Source: an uncultured Thermodesulfobacteriota bacterium (lineage in GTDB: Bacteria; Desulfobacterota; GWC2-55-46; JADFVP01). Taken from it: a DNA stretch of 64,000 nucleotides. The notes below the pieces were generated by a model. That model was given only the letters and a program-made list of their open reading frames with translations. It made no database searches and was not told the origin of the DNA. The DNA lies in contig CAZEBZ010000003.1 of the NCBI GenBank assembly GCA_964510775.1, positions 424 through 64,423 of the forward strand. The letters run 5' to 3'. Within the stretch, counting starts at the first letter, position 1. Each line of letters begins with the position of its first letter. Below are positions 48,532 to 57,731 of this stretch, piece after piece. Position numbers and translations under genes: made by a program.

Positions 48532-51273
48532 TCAGAGAGGTTCGTCGCCGGCCTCTCGGGCCTCGTCAATCCACTTCTCAACATGGAGCTCTAGGAGGCT
48601 CTTAAAAAATTCTCCTTCAGGGTTCAGCATCTCATATATACCGCGAGGCGGGTCGGCCTCAAAACCACGGAACACAAGCTCACCGGAGCGGTAAAAAATC
48701 TCGGCAAAAGTATTATTAGGGCCTGCGGTAAAGATAAATTCCATACGCTCCTGAGGGAGAAAAAAAGAATTTAGTATGCTCCCATGAAGACCTTCTCGCC
48801 CCGTTATCTTCCTGTAAAAAGTCTTATCTCCCCTGCTCTCCTTTATGTACGCAAAGAGGGCCTCATCGCTAAGTGCCTGGCCCTTGTTATATATATCCGT
48901 AATAGTAGAGATGAGCCTTAATGAAGAAAAAGACTCTCCGTCGATTATCTTATTAAAGTCCTTGAGGTAGTTCTCAGTAATCAGCCTCGTAAGGGCCTTG
49001 GCGTTAGATAATTTTCTTCCTGATATGAGTTTCTCAAAGGCGTGTTCCAGATCAGGGGGCATCCTCAGCGTATAGGCAGTATGGATATAGACATCAAAGG
49101 GGTACTCTATGTCCTTGTTTCTGCGCCTCTCTCTATCACCTGAGAGAAGTATCTCCAGATAGGCCTTAACCATTGTATTTCTAAAGGTGCCACGCGCCGA
49201 CTCGTTTATCTTCTCTCCTATGGATACGTTCACCGGGCCCTGATACCCCTTTATATGACCAAGCTCGATTATCTCGGCCCTCGCTCCGTAAGTTATAAAG
49301 AGCCCTGCCTCCATCTCACGCTTAATTGCAGCCGTAAGCTCATCCTTGTATACGCTCTCAAGGCGGCCTTCTTCCTCACCTATCTTGAGAATTGCCTCAG
49401 CAGAGTCATCAAGACCGTCATCAGTCTCAAGAATCATCTCCAGCCTCTTCCTCTTAAGGGCCTCTCTGCGCTCCTCGAATTTTTTATGAACCTCGTCCAT
49501 AACCTCCCTGCCGCTGCCGGGCGGAAGTCTCTGCTCCAGCTCACTGCCGGATTCCTCGATTATCCTTCGAATATCACGGGCCAGCGCCACAAGAGAGCGC
49601 ATGCCTCCGGAAAAAATAATAGCGTCTCCCGGAATATTAGTAAGCCTTATGCCCATCTCATCTTCTGAGAGCCCCATGCCATCGGCATAGCCCTGTGCAG
49701 CGTCAAGTATGGGTTTAAAAAAATACTCCTTCATGAAATCAGCCATAGCTACTTCTTTAATCTTATGCGTCTTACGGCTAAAGTCCTTCATATCAACAAA
49801 TAACTGACCTTCTTTTCTACTCTGCAGTATATTTATCATAGGCCGCTTATCCGTTGAAAAACGGTAAAGACGGCCCTTCATATATTCATCGCGGAGCATC
49901 TTATTCGCGAGTTCAAGTCGTCTATCTGAGAGTCTGTTCATCATAAGAGAGACGCTATCGCTCACCATGGCATCAAGGGTAGCGGCATAATAACCCTCTA
50001 CTACGGAGACAAGGGCCTCACGGCTCTGCTCTCGACCGCCACCTGCGATGCCTTTTAAGACAGACCTCTTCTTACTAAACTCAAGGACAAGACCTCGCAG
50101 CCCATTCAGTCTGTCAGTCCTCAATCTATCCTTTGAGACAACCTCCATTAGCGCCTCAATAGACCTTGCGAGCCTCAACGCATAAGGGCCGTCATTTAGC
50201 AGATTTGTAATAAGACGATCCTCGCTGTAGAGGTCAAAAAACTCTTTTCGAAGCTCCATATCAGGCACATCATATGCCGTCATATAATCAAGTATCTTCT
50301 CCCTGAAAGTCCCTATCTTTACCTGCTCTACGACTGTCTTCATCAGCCTCTTATCACTCTTTACACGCCTTACCCCCTCTTCCACAAGAAGGCGCAGAGA
50401 CTCTGTCTGTACGCTAAGAGGAACAAGATGAGAGGATAAAACCTCGAAGGTATGGCGGCAGATACGATATGGGTTATGAGAAGAGCCTAAGAGAGCGGAT
50501 TTAACGACTATGAAGTGCTCGGGTACAAAGGCCGCCCTCAAGACAAAGGCCACGCCTTTTTCATCAGACCAGGCGGCGGTGAGATCTCTAATGACAGCAG
50601 AAAAAACATTATAAAAACAGAGGCCCACAGAGAGATCCAGTTTGTCGTAACCAAGGCCTTTTACACGAAAGGTCTTAAGAGCCCGCTGATATTTTCTTAC
50701 AGTATTTACGAGCGCAAGAAGTGTCAGGTAGGAGGTCTGCTCCTGCAGACCGTTATACATTTCGTCACCTCGCGCCTTATTCATCATGCCCTTTAGCCAG
50801 GAGATAAACTTTGCGCCGCTCTCGCCGTGAGCGAACCAGGCATAAAGCACAGAGCTGTCAAGATAGGGGGTACTCTCAAGTATCCTCGCGGCAAGTTCTC
50901 TCTCAAAAGACTGTGCCACAAATATATCCAGCCTGCAGGTCTTCTCACGCAGATCCGGAGTAGCTACAAAAACAGTACTCTCACGATTATGCTCATCTTC
51001 TTTACTGGGAGCCTTCAAAGACTCGTAGCGTTTCTTAATAAGGGCCGCGAGCCCTTTTACCGCGGCCTCTACAATAGCCTCATCATCAGAGCCAAGATGG
51101 TAAGGCACCTTTAGCTCCGCTACGTTAAGGCCGTACTTGAACCTAAGAGACTTCGGAGACAATGTCCACAGCGATCCCTTGAGGACTGCCTCAAGGCGGT
51201 CCGGTAGGTCCTCAAAAAAATCTATCCGCTCTTTTGCATAATCAAAGTTCATAACAGGGTCGCAGCTCTCCAT
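48532..51273 (-). CDS. Large (913 aa) soluble hypothetical protein with a central class III nucleotidyl cyclase / GGDEF-like palm-domain motif set
   Basis: No TM helix or signal peptide. Ordered motifs are LFVDMKDFSRKT (aa ~491-502), IPGDAIIFSGG (aa ~547-557), and GLFITYGARAEIIELGHIKGYQGPVNVSIGEKINESARG (aa ~657-695). They parallel the cyclase-domain blocks FxDIxGFT, IGDAxMAVxG and GxxxGxxxxGxxG...GDxVNxASR. The flanking regions of about 490 aa (N) and about 215 aa (C) have no recognisable domains. Confidence 0.6.
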   Translation of the reverse strand: MESCDPVMNFDYAKERIDFFEDLPDRLEAVLKGSLWTLSPKSLRFKYGLNVAELKVPYHLGSDDEAIVEAAVKGLAALIKKRYESLKAPSKEDEHNRESTVFVATPDLREKTCRLDIFVAQSFERELAARILESTPYLDSSVLYAWFAHGESGAKFISWLKGMMNKARGDEMYNGLQEQTSYLTLLALVNTVRKYQRALKTFRVKGLGYDKLDLSVGLCFYNVFSAVIRDLTAAWSDEKGVAFVLRAAFVPEHFIVVKSALLGSSHNPYRICRHTFEVLSSHLVPLSVQTESLRLLVEEGVRRVKSDKRLMKTVVEQVKIGTFREKILDYMTAYDVPDMELRKEFFDLYSEDRLITNLLNDGPYALRLARSIEALMEVVSKDRLRTDRLNGLRGLVLEFSKKRSVLKGIAGGGREQSREALVSVVEGYYAATLDAMVSDSVSLMMNRLSDRRLELANKMLRDEYMKGRLYRFSTDKRPMINILQSRKEGQLFVDMKDFSRKTHKIKEVAMADFMKEYFFKPILDAAQGYADGMGLSEDEMGIRLTNIPGDAIIFSGGMRSLVALARDIRRIIEESGSELEQRLPPGSGREVMDEVHKKFEERREALKRKRLEMILETDDGLDDSAEAILKIGEEEGRLESVYKDELTAAIKREMEAGLFITYGARAEIIELGHIKGYQGPVNVSIGEKINESARGTFRNTMVKAYLEILLSGDRERRRNKDIEYPFDVYIHTAYTLRMPPDLEHAFEKLISGRKLSNAKALTRLITENYLKDFNKIIDGESFSSLRLISTITDIYNKGQALSDEALFAYIKESRGDKTFYRKITGREGLHGSILNSFFLPQERMEFIFTAGPNNTFAEIFYRSGELVFRGFEADPPRGIYEMLNPEGEFFKSLLELHVEKWIDEAREAGDEPL

Positions 51274-51547
51274 TCGCCGTAGACGTATAGTTTATACTAA
51301 AAAACTTCAAAAACAAAGATGGATAATCCTTGTATTTGATTATAATAATAAGTTAAAATAAATAGTTAAGTCAAGGTCATTACCTGTAGCGGCTGCTTAC
51401 CGCACCATAAACAGACCCCTTGAAGAGTCATCTCTCATGATTAGCCTCTTTGTATCAGATAAAAAAACTACTACCAACACAAACCAGCCCCCTGCAAAAC
51501 GTTCACCGCGGGGATCTTACCTACATTAAAAAAATGGGATTTAAGCG

Positions 51548-53407
51548 TTGCTAATCAAAAAAATCTTAAGAGCCAGGTATATCCTACCCTCTCTTGTCTT
51601 CATCATACCCCTTATCGTCTACTCCATAACCCTCATGGGAGGCTTTGTCTACGATGATAATCTACAAATAATCAGAAACCCCTGGATAAGGGACTTAGAT
51701 AATATCCCAAAACTCTTTGTCTCCTCGACTATGAGTTTTCTAAATGGTCAGCCTGCAAATACTTACAGGCCGGTATTCTACCTCGTGTACATGGCCGAGT
51801 ACCTCACCTTCGGGCTGAGACCATGGGCGTGGCACCTCGTCAACATACTCCTCCACTCCATGAACGCACTAATGGTTTATTTTCTCGCCTCTCTCTTCAT
51901 CACAACAGAAAAAAAACCAAGAGCTGATAATCGCGGCCCTTTAGCGCTTACCATGACAGCCCCCTTCATCGCAGGTCTTGTCTTTGCCCTCCATCCCATA
52001 AACAGCGAGGTAGTCTCATGGGCCGGAACCATACCGGAACTTATATTCACCTTGCTAGTACTCTGCGCCTTTACCCTTTACATCCTTGCCGAGAGAGCGC
52101 CGCAAAGAGCTGCGGCATACCTCGCATGCTCTGCTGCCTGCTTCTCAGTGGCGCTATTCTCAAAAGAGACGGCCATGGCCCTTATTATTATCATACCGCT
52201 CTATGAGTTTACGAAGAGGGGTTGGCAGAGTCTTAGACGCTGGAAAATTTTTATAATTTACCTTATACCAGCTGTAATATATATGGTCATGAGAACCTCT
52301 GCCCTTGGCGGAATGACGCAGATGAGTCTTATTAAGATGACCTTCTACGAGGGGCTGCTGAACGTATTCCCGCTCATTGCGAGATACCTTGGTAAACTCA
52401 TCTTACCCATAAATCTAAGCATCATCTACTCCTTTACTCCTGTCCATTCCGCCTTTGAGATGATGTTTATCATTGGTCTGATAGCCTGCGCGGCGTTTGC
52501 AGCCTTAATATTGTTACTGAGGAAAAAAAGAAAGGAGATCTTTTTTCTCATCTGGATACTAATCCCCCTGCTGCCCGTTCTCTACATGCCTATACTCTCA
52601 GTGGGAGGCTTTGCCGACCGCTATCTATATCTCTCCACCGCCGGCGCCGCCGTCTTCATAGCTCTTATGGTTTCTCGAATGTATAAGAGGCAGCAGAGCA
52701 GTAAAAGACAAAAAACAATTCTCATCGCAACCCTGACGCTTATTCTCGTCATATACTCTGCTGCCTCCATAAAGCGGGCAATTATCTGGAGAAGCGACTA
52801 CTCCCTCTGGTCAGATACCGTTATAAAATCACCGAAAAGCCCAAACGCCCTCTATAACCTTGGATGGGCCCTACAGAGCAGAGGCGGAACGGAGAACCTT
52901 AAAAAAGCCCTCAAAGTTTACAAGGAAACGATCCGGGTAAAACCCAATAAGGAAAACGCACATTACAATGCCGCACTTATTTATCAGAAGATGGGCGATT
53001 ACCCTAATGCCCTTATTCACTACAGAGCATCCTTACGTTTAAAACCTTCCAACGCCACTACCCCATATAACATCGCAATGTTATACCAGAGCATGGGAGA
53101 TATATCTATGGCCATAAAGTTTTACAACCTTGCCATAAGCATAAATCCGCAGTACGAAGATGCCCACTACAACCTGGGCTGGACATATCAAAAGATGGGC
53201 GATTACTCTAATGCCCTTATTCATTTAAAGGAAGTACTTAGACTCAACCCACGCAGCACAGACGCCCATTACATGATAGGCAACATATACGATAACAGGG
53301 GTGAGAGGGAAAAAGCTCTTAGCGAGTTTAGTAAGGCCGTTACCGCGGATCCCTCGTACGGCCCTGCGAAGTCTGAGTTAAAGCGCCTCCTTGACAAAAC
53401 AAGATAA
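51548..53407 (+). CDS. TMTC/PMT-like membrane glycosyltransferase-family protein with a C-terminal TPR array (DUF1736-type)
   Basis: TTG start. The N-terminal polytopic region has the GGFVYDD motif and about 10 TM helices. The C-terminus has at least 5 TPR repeats (ALYNLGWALQSRG, AHYNAALIYQKMGDYPNA, TPYNIAMLYQSMGDISMA, AHYNLGWTYQKMGDYSNA, AHYMIGNIYDNRGEREKA). Confidence 0.8.
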   Translation: MLIKKILRARYILPSLVFIIPLIVYSITLMGGFVYDDNLQIIRNPWIRDLDNIPKLFVSSTMSFLNGQPANTYRPVFYLVYMAEYLTFGLRPWAWHLVNILLHSMNALMVYFLASLFITTEKKPRADNRGPLALTMTAPFIAGLVFALHPINSEVVSWAGTIPELIFTLLVLCAFTLYILAERAPQRAAAYLACSAACFSVALFSKETAMALIIIIPLYEFTKRGWQSLRRWKIFIIYLIPAVIYMVMRTSALGGMTQMSLIKMTFYEGLLNVFPLIARYLGKLILPINLSIIYSFTPVHSAFEMMFIIGLIACAAFAALILLLRKKRKEIFFLIWILIPLLPVLYMPILSVGGFADRYLYLSTAGAAVFIALMVSRMYKRQQSSKRQKTILIATLTLILVIYSAASIKRAIIWRSDYSLWSDTVIKSPKSPNALYNLGWALQSRGGTENLKKALKVYKETIRVKPNKENAHYNAALIYQKMGDYPNALIHYRASLRLKPSNATTPYNIAMLYQSMGDISMAIKFYNLAISINPQYEDAHYNLGWTYQKMGDYSNALIHLKEVLRLNPRSTDAHYMIGNIYDNRGEREKALSEFSKAVTADPSYGPAKSELKRLLDKTR

Positions 53408-53478
53408 AGCCCTCTTCTTGCTTACCTCGAACCAAGGCACTTAAGAGGTACAAAATAATGAGAATATCCTAAAAAAAT

Positions 53479-53507
53479 TTGCTTGATTACCCCATAGCGG
53501 GTATAAT
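53479..53507 (+). promoter_or_regulatory. Sigma70-like promoter TTGCTT-17-TATAAT
   Basis: TTGCTT lies at 53479-53484 and TATAAT at 53502-53507 with a 17-nt spacer, about 130 bp upstream of the HEAT-repeat gene. Confidence 0.5.
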
Positions 53508-53635
53508 ACATGGACTTATAAAAAAAGTGAAACATCTATACCGCCTTACTCTTTTAAGATAGAGAATATATCTCTTAGAAGATTTTTTTAGCTGAAAAGA
53601 CGACGGCAGGTCTTCCTTTGCGGCATTGCCACTAA

Positions 53636-54469
53636 TTGCTAAACAACCCTAAAAGCTGGAAGGATACATTGAACCAATTTGTTGAGAGACTAACGGCCAT
53701 GTTCTCGAAGATAATCGCCGGTACTGTATCAAGGGAAGAAGGCGCCATACTTATTAACCATCTCGTTAAGGAAAGCAGTATTGAGACAATAAGCGCGCTC
53801 ACATACCTTATAGAGAACCCGCCGCGCAATGTATTCCAGAAGACAGTGCTCCATACAATAGCCCTGGCAAGAAACAAGGCCCTTTTCAAGATTATGGCCG
53901 AGAGCATTCACAGTCAAGATGAGGATGTATCCCTTCTGGCCGCCTCAGAGCTTGCGCGCCTTAGAACAGATGGAGCTAAAAAAACCCTTATAGATAACCT
54001 TGACAACGAAGTTTACCATGTAAGAAAGAGCGCTGCTGTGGCTCTGGCCGAAGATTACGGAGATGATGGGCTTAACGTGCTAAAAGAACATATTCTCTCC
54101 CATGAAGAACCCTTTTACCGCGCCACCTCGGCACAAGGGCTTGTCTTTGCAGGAGACAAGGGTATAGATATGCTCTTTGCCATTGTTCAGACAGATAAAC
54201 CCGGCCCGGCCTTCTCATCAGTAGAGGCCCTCACAGGTTTTGAGGGTGAAATTAAAGAAAATCTCATACCGGTAGCCATTGAGGCACTCATGAGAGCTGG
54301 AGACAGAAGAAATATTCCCCTTGTTGTGGAATTATTGAGGCTGCTGGCCCTCTGCAAGAAAGAAGCCCTTAAGTACGAGAGCTTTATCTCCGCCTTTTCC
54401 GATGACAACTCCGAGTCCATACGACTGGAAGCTCAAAAAACCCTCCATACCATCAAAAGAAGCCGCTAA
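53636..54469 (+). CDS. HEAT-repeat (PBS-lyase-like) protein
   Basis: 277 aa with repeated helical-pair motifs of the form LxxLxxDxDxxVRxxAAxAL (EDVSLLAASELARL, NEVYHVRKSAAVALAEDYGDDG, EEPFYRATSAQGL, SESIRLEAQKTL). Confidence 0.65.
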   Translation: MLNNPKSWKDTLNQFVERLTAMFSKIIAGTVSREEGAILINHLVKESSIETISALTYLIENPPRNVFQKTVLHTIALARNKALFKIMAESIHSQDEDVSLLAASELARLRTDGAKKTLIDNLDNEVYHVRKSAAVALAEDYGDDGLNVLKEHILSHEEPFYRATSAQGLVFAGDKGIDMLFAIVQTDKPGPAFSSVEALTGFEGEIKENLIPVAIEALMRAGDRRNIPLVVELLRLLALCKKEALKYESFISAFSDDNSESIRLEAQKTLHTIKRSR

Positions 54470-54657
54470 CAACCTATGCGGAGACTCTCTACTTACCAAA
54501 ATAAATTGAGAGAGAACCTATTACTGAGATAAACATGCTTAGCGGCCAAGTATTTCACCAATGCCCTGAGACACAAAACTGAGTACGCTTCTAAAGGCAC
54601 TATATTACGAAGAACAGACTCTTGCGGTAATTAAAGGAAGGCATTCTTGTTCAGCTA

Positions 54658-56670
54658 CTAATAAAAAATCCTTGCGAACTTACGTGAAGCACTAAAATAT
54701 ATGCGGTTATCGGTATAATCAGTTGAAGACGAATTAGTTATGGAATAAGTGTGATTCATAGAGAATCTCCAGGCCCTCAATTGGTAAGTTAGATCATTGC
54801 CCACTTCAAAGTGGCGGGAAAAAGTATCTTCAACAGTAAAGTCATCATACCGTGTCCTAACAACCCAAGTCATTCGCCGGAGAATAGGCCTGCTGTAACT
54901 CAAATTAGAATAGATAAGACGTGATTTATTAGAGCCTGTTCTAAATGTTGTCATTGTTATGTTGTAACCAAGGTCGGCGTTAAGGTTACCCTTAAATATC
55001 TTACGAGTATAGTGCGCCGAGATATCCCCTGTATTGGAACGGTCAAAACCTGTAATCTCATCAAATAAAACTCTGCGTTCCAACTCAAACTCCCCGCTAA
55101 TTCCTTTTATGGGGTTTGTCCTCACTGTAAAAATTGCATCCTCAGATGTATTCTTGAGGTTCTCATGAGCCACGGTACTGTTCTCTTTTTCATAGGATCC
55201 ATTGACAGAAATATACTTTTGCCAAAATCTGCTGTCAAAACTAATGTTATAGTTGCTGTTTTTTTCCTTAACCTGACCGGAAGTAGACTTCAGTACGGCA
55301 AAGAAAGACCCGCCAACATCAAAGAAGAAGAACCTGTTAAAATCTATTCTGTTAAAGTGAAGAGAGCCGTTGTGGGTTATACCCTGGCCGCCTATGTCAT
55401 TATTATCAACACTTTCTTTATTAAAACGCGTATTCAAAATATAACCAAGACCATAACTTGACCTAAACTTAAAGCGTGAAAAAGTCCTGTAATAATTCAG
55501 ATTAGTGTTGGTACTCAATGACTTGCCATCAGTAAGGTTACGATTAGCCGGATTAGAGGAGCTCGACTCTACAAGAGCTAACATAAAACCTTCAGAGACA
55601 GAAAGATGATCTGTCAGGTTATAGGCAAAAGTACTGCTGGCCCTTGTGCGAGTATCGTCCCGCGAGGTAGTAGGACTCTCGGAGAGATCCTTACTTACAT
55701 TTAATTTAAGGTTTAGATTAACTTTCTTCGAGACATGATAATCCAGAGCCCCGTCGTATGAGGTACGCGTAGATCTCGTCTCTACAATATCAGTACTCTC
55801 ATGGTGAAGTCTGTGTGACTGATGAAAGAAACGACTTGGGTCAGATAAGAGCGACATATCTACATTAAATCTTTTTTCCTGACGACTATTCGTCTGAGTA
55901 TTCTCTAAATTCGAGCGTAATACATCGAGACCAAAGACAGAGTGTCTCGATAGCTGAGTAGAGTTTCCAAAAGTAATGGCACTGCTGCGTAAAGATTCTC
56001 CTGTATTTAAAGTATCAAGGTCTATGTCGTAAGTTAAAGTATTCTTGGTAGGACCATACTCTTTATCGGCCCTATATTGTATACTTATTGTCTTGTCACT
56101 ACCGCCGGTACCGCCCCTATCTGCGTATTGCCTCTCGACAGTAAGACTCATCACAGGCAAGGTAACAAACTTACCGGACCAGGCAAAACCAATAGTGGTA
56201 ATATTCGTTGAAGGAGCGGAAGATCCATTAATAGTACTCCAGCTTGTATCCCTGCTGCCAAAGAGTGTTAGAGGTATACGGCTTCGAGGTATTAGGGTAG
56301 TATTTACGTCAAGAAAGAGGCTATTAAAAGTAGTATCCGTAGTATCCGTGGAATTTGCGCTTAAGATATCGAAGTTCTCACTCCTTCTATCGTACCTTAC
56401 ATTGACATCATATATCATGAGCAGCCGGGATATTGCATTACCATAGAGGGTAAAATCATAATTTTGCCCAAAAGATGAGGTAATCTCGTCACTCTGAGTT
56501 GAATTCCTATCATTAGCCGTACGCTTCTCATGGGAATAATCATAGAAGACCGAGCCTACAATATTAGTATGGGCGTAAGGATCCACCTTAACACACCAAC
56601 CACTCGATGGGACAAAGATAGCCGCCAAGGACAGGATTAATACTAAGCATGCCCTTCTTATGTTTATCAT
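54658..56670 (-). CDS. Outer-membrane beta-barrel protein (putative porin component)
   Basis: Signal peptide MINIRRACLVLILSLAAIFVPSSGW. The 670-aa sequence is S/T/N/Y-rich with alternating amphipathic beta-strand character and a C-terminal aromatic residue (…RIFY). Confidence 0.65.
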   Translation of the reverse strand: MINIRRACLVLILSLAAIFVPSSGWCVKVDPYAHTNIVGSVFYDYSHEKRTANDRNSTQSDEITSSFGQNYDFTLYGNAISRLLMIYDVNVRYDRRSENFDILSANSTDTTDTTFNSLFLDVNTTLIPRSRIPLTLFGSRDTSWSTINGSSAPSTNITTIGFAWSGKFVTLPVMSLTVERQYADRGGTGGSDKTISIQYRADKEYGPTKNTLTYDIDLDTLNTGESLRSSAITFGNSTQLSRHSVFGLDVLRSNLENTQTNSRQEKRFNVDMSLLSDPSRFFHQSHRLHHESTDIVETRSTRTSYDGALDYHVSKKVNLNLKLNVSKDLSESPTTSRDDTRTRASSTFAYNLTDHLSVSEGFMLALVESSSSNPANRNLTDGKSLSTNTNLNYYRTFSRFKFRSSYGLGYILNTRFNKESVDNNDIGGQGITHNGSLHFNRIDFNRFFFFDVGGSFFAVLKSTSGQVKEKNSNYNISFDSRFWQKYISVNGSYEKENSTVAHENLKNTSEDAIFTVRTNPIKGISGEFELERRVLFDEITGFDRSNTGDISAHYTRKIFKGNLNADLGYNITMTTFRTGSNKSRLIYSNLSYSRPILRRMTWVVRTRYDDFTVEDTFSRHFEVGNDLTYQLRAWRFSMNHTYSITNSSSTDYTDNRIYFSASRKFARIFY

Positions 56671-56823
56671 AGCGGTTGTCCTTGTTTAAAAGGCAGAAAG
56701 AGAGATACAAGACCTATTGTCCTGCATTGAGAGGCAGTCCGACCTTATGCACTCATTAGAGCTTAAAATAGAAGAAACTACAAAATCACAACAATGTCTT
56801 TTCAGGTCCCATAAAAGAAGAAA

Positions 56824-57645
56824 TCATTTAACGCACCTGAAACCAACGTCATTATAGGCCCCCTTGGGGTCAGCGATACTGCGAAAAGGCGCAGAGACAT
56901 ATACCTGCATGGTGTAGTGCCCTATTCCACCCCAGCCGCCGCCCCGCAGCACCTTGAACCTCTCGCCGTAATCCTTGTCATCATAGGTATTGCCGGGATA
57001 CTGTCCGTACCAGTCCGCCGTCCACTCAATCACGTTGCCGGCCATATCAAGGACGCCGTAAGGACTCGCTCCCTCGGAAAACTTTCCAACAGCCGTAGTT
57101 CCGCCGTACTTACCGAGTGTGTTTACCTTCTTTAAATCAAAATCATCGCCCCAGGGAAAGATACGTCCATCAGTGCCTCTGGCGGCCTTTTCCCACTCCT
57201 GCTCGCTTGGAAGCCGCGCGCCCCGCCACTTGCAATACTCAGCAGCGTCGAACCAGCTCACAGAGGTAACGGGAAAATCGCCCTTACCCTCAGGAACCTT
57301 TCCTTGCGGCCAGTTTGCCGGCGCTTTTCTCGAAGCAGCGGCGATAAACTTACTGTAAGCGGCATTTGTTACCTCAGTTCTATCAATATAAAATTCCTTT
57401 AAAGAGACCTTTCTCTCCGGGGACTCGTTTGCGAACCATGGTTTTCTCGAACCATACTGCACGGCCTTGGCGTCAGTATCTATCCTGTTGCTCCCCATAA
57501 TAAACTCTCCTGCGGGGATAAGCACCATATTCTCAGGAATACTCTTTGCAGCTTCCTTACACCCTGAAAAAGCCAGAGGAAGAATAAGAAGAATCATTAA
57601 GAAAAAATGCTTTACTACGCTAATATTTCCAGCTCTCAAGGCCAT
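56824..57645 (-). CDS. Formylglycine-generating enzyme (FGE-sulfatase / SUMF1) domain lipoprotein
   Basis: The start is taken at MALRAGNISVVKHFFLMILLILPLAFSGC (lipobox). The FGE-domain blocks are FIMGSN, RKVSLKEFYIDRTEVTNAAY, GARLPSEQEWEKAARGTDGRIFPWG, RGGGW and YNDVGFRC. Confidence 0.85.
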   Translation of the reverse strand: MALRAGNISVVKHFFLMILLILPLAFSGCKEAAKSIPENMVLIPAGEFIMGSNRIDTDAKAVQYGSRKPWFANESPERKVSLKEFYIDRTEVTNAAYSKFIAAASRKAPANWPQGKVPEGKGDFPVTSVSWFDAAEYCKWRGARLPSEQEWEKAARGTDGRIFPWGDDFDLKKVNTLGKYGGTTAVGKFSEGASPYGVLDMAGNVIEWTADWYGQYPGNTYDDKDYGERFKVLRGGGWGGIGHYTMQVYVSAPFRSIADPKGAYNDVGFRCVK

Positions 57646-57731
57646 ACCTCCATGATAATACAAATATTTTTTCACAGAACAAAGCATGAGGAGTGAGCTA
57701 CATTGCTCTAAAAAAACACGCCCTCTTTGCC

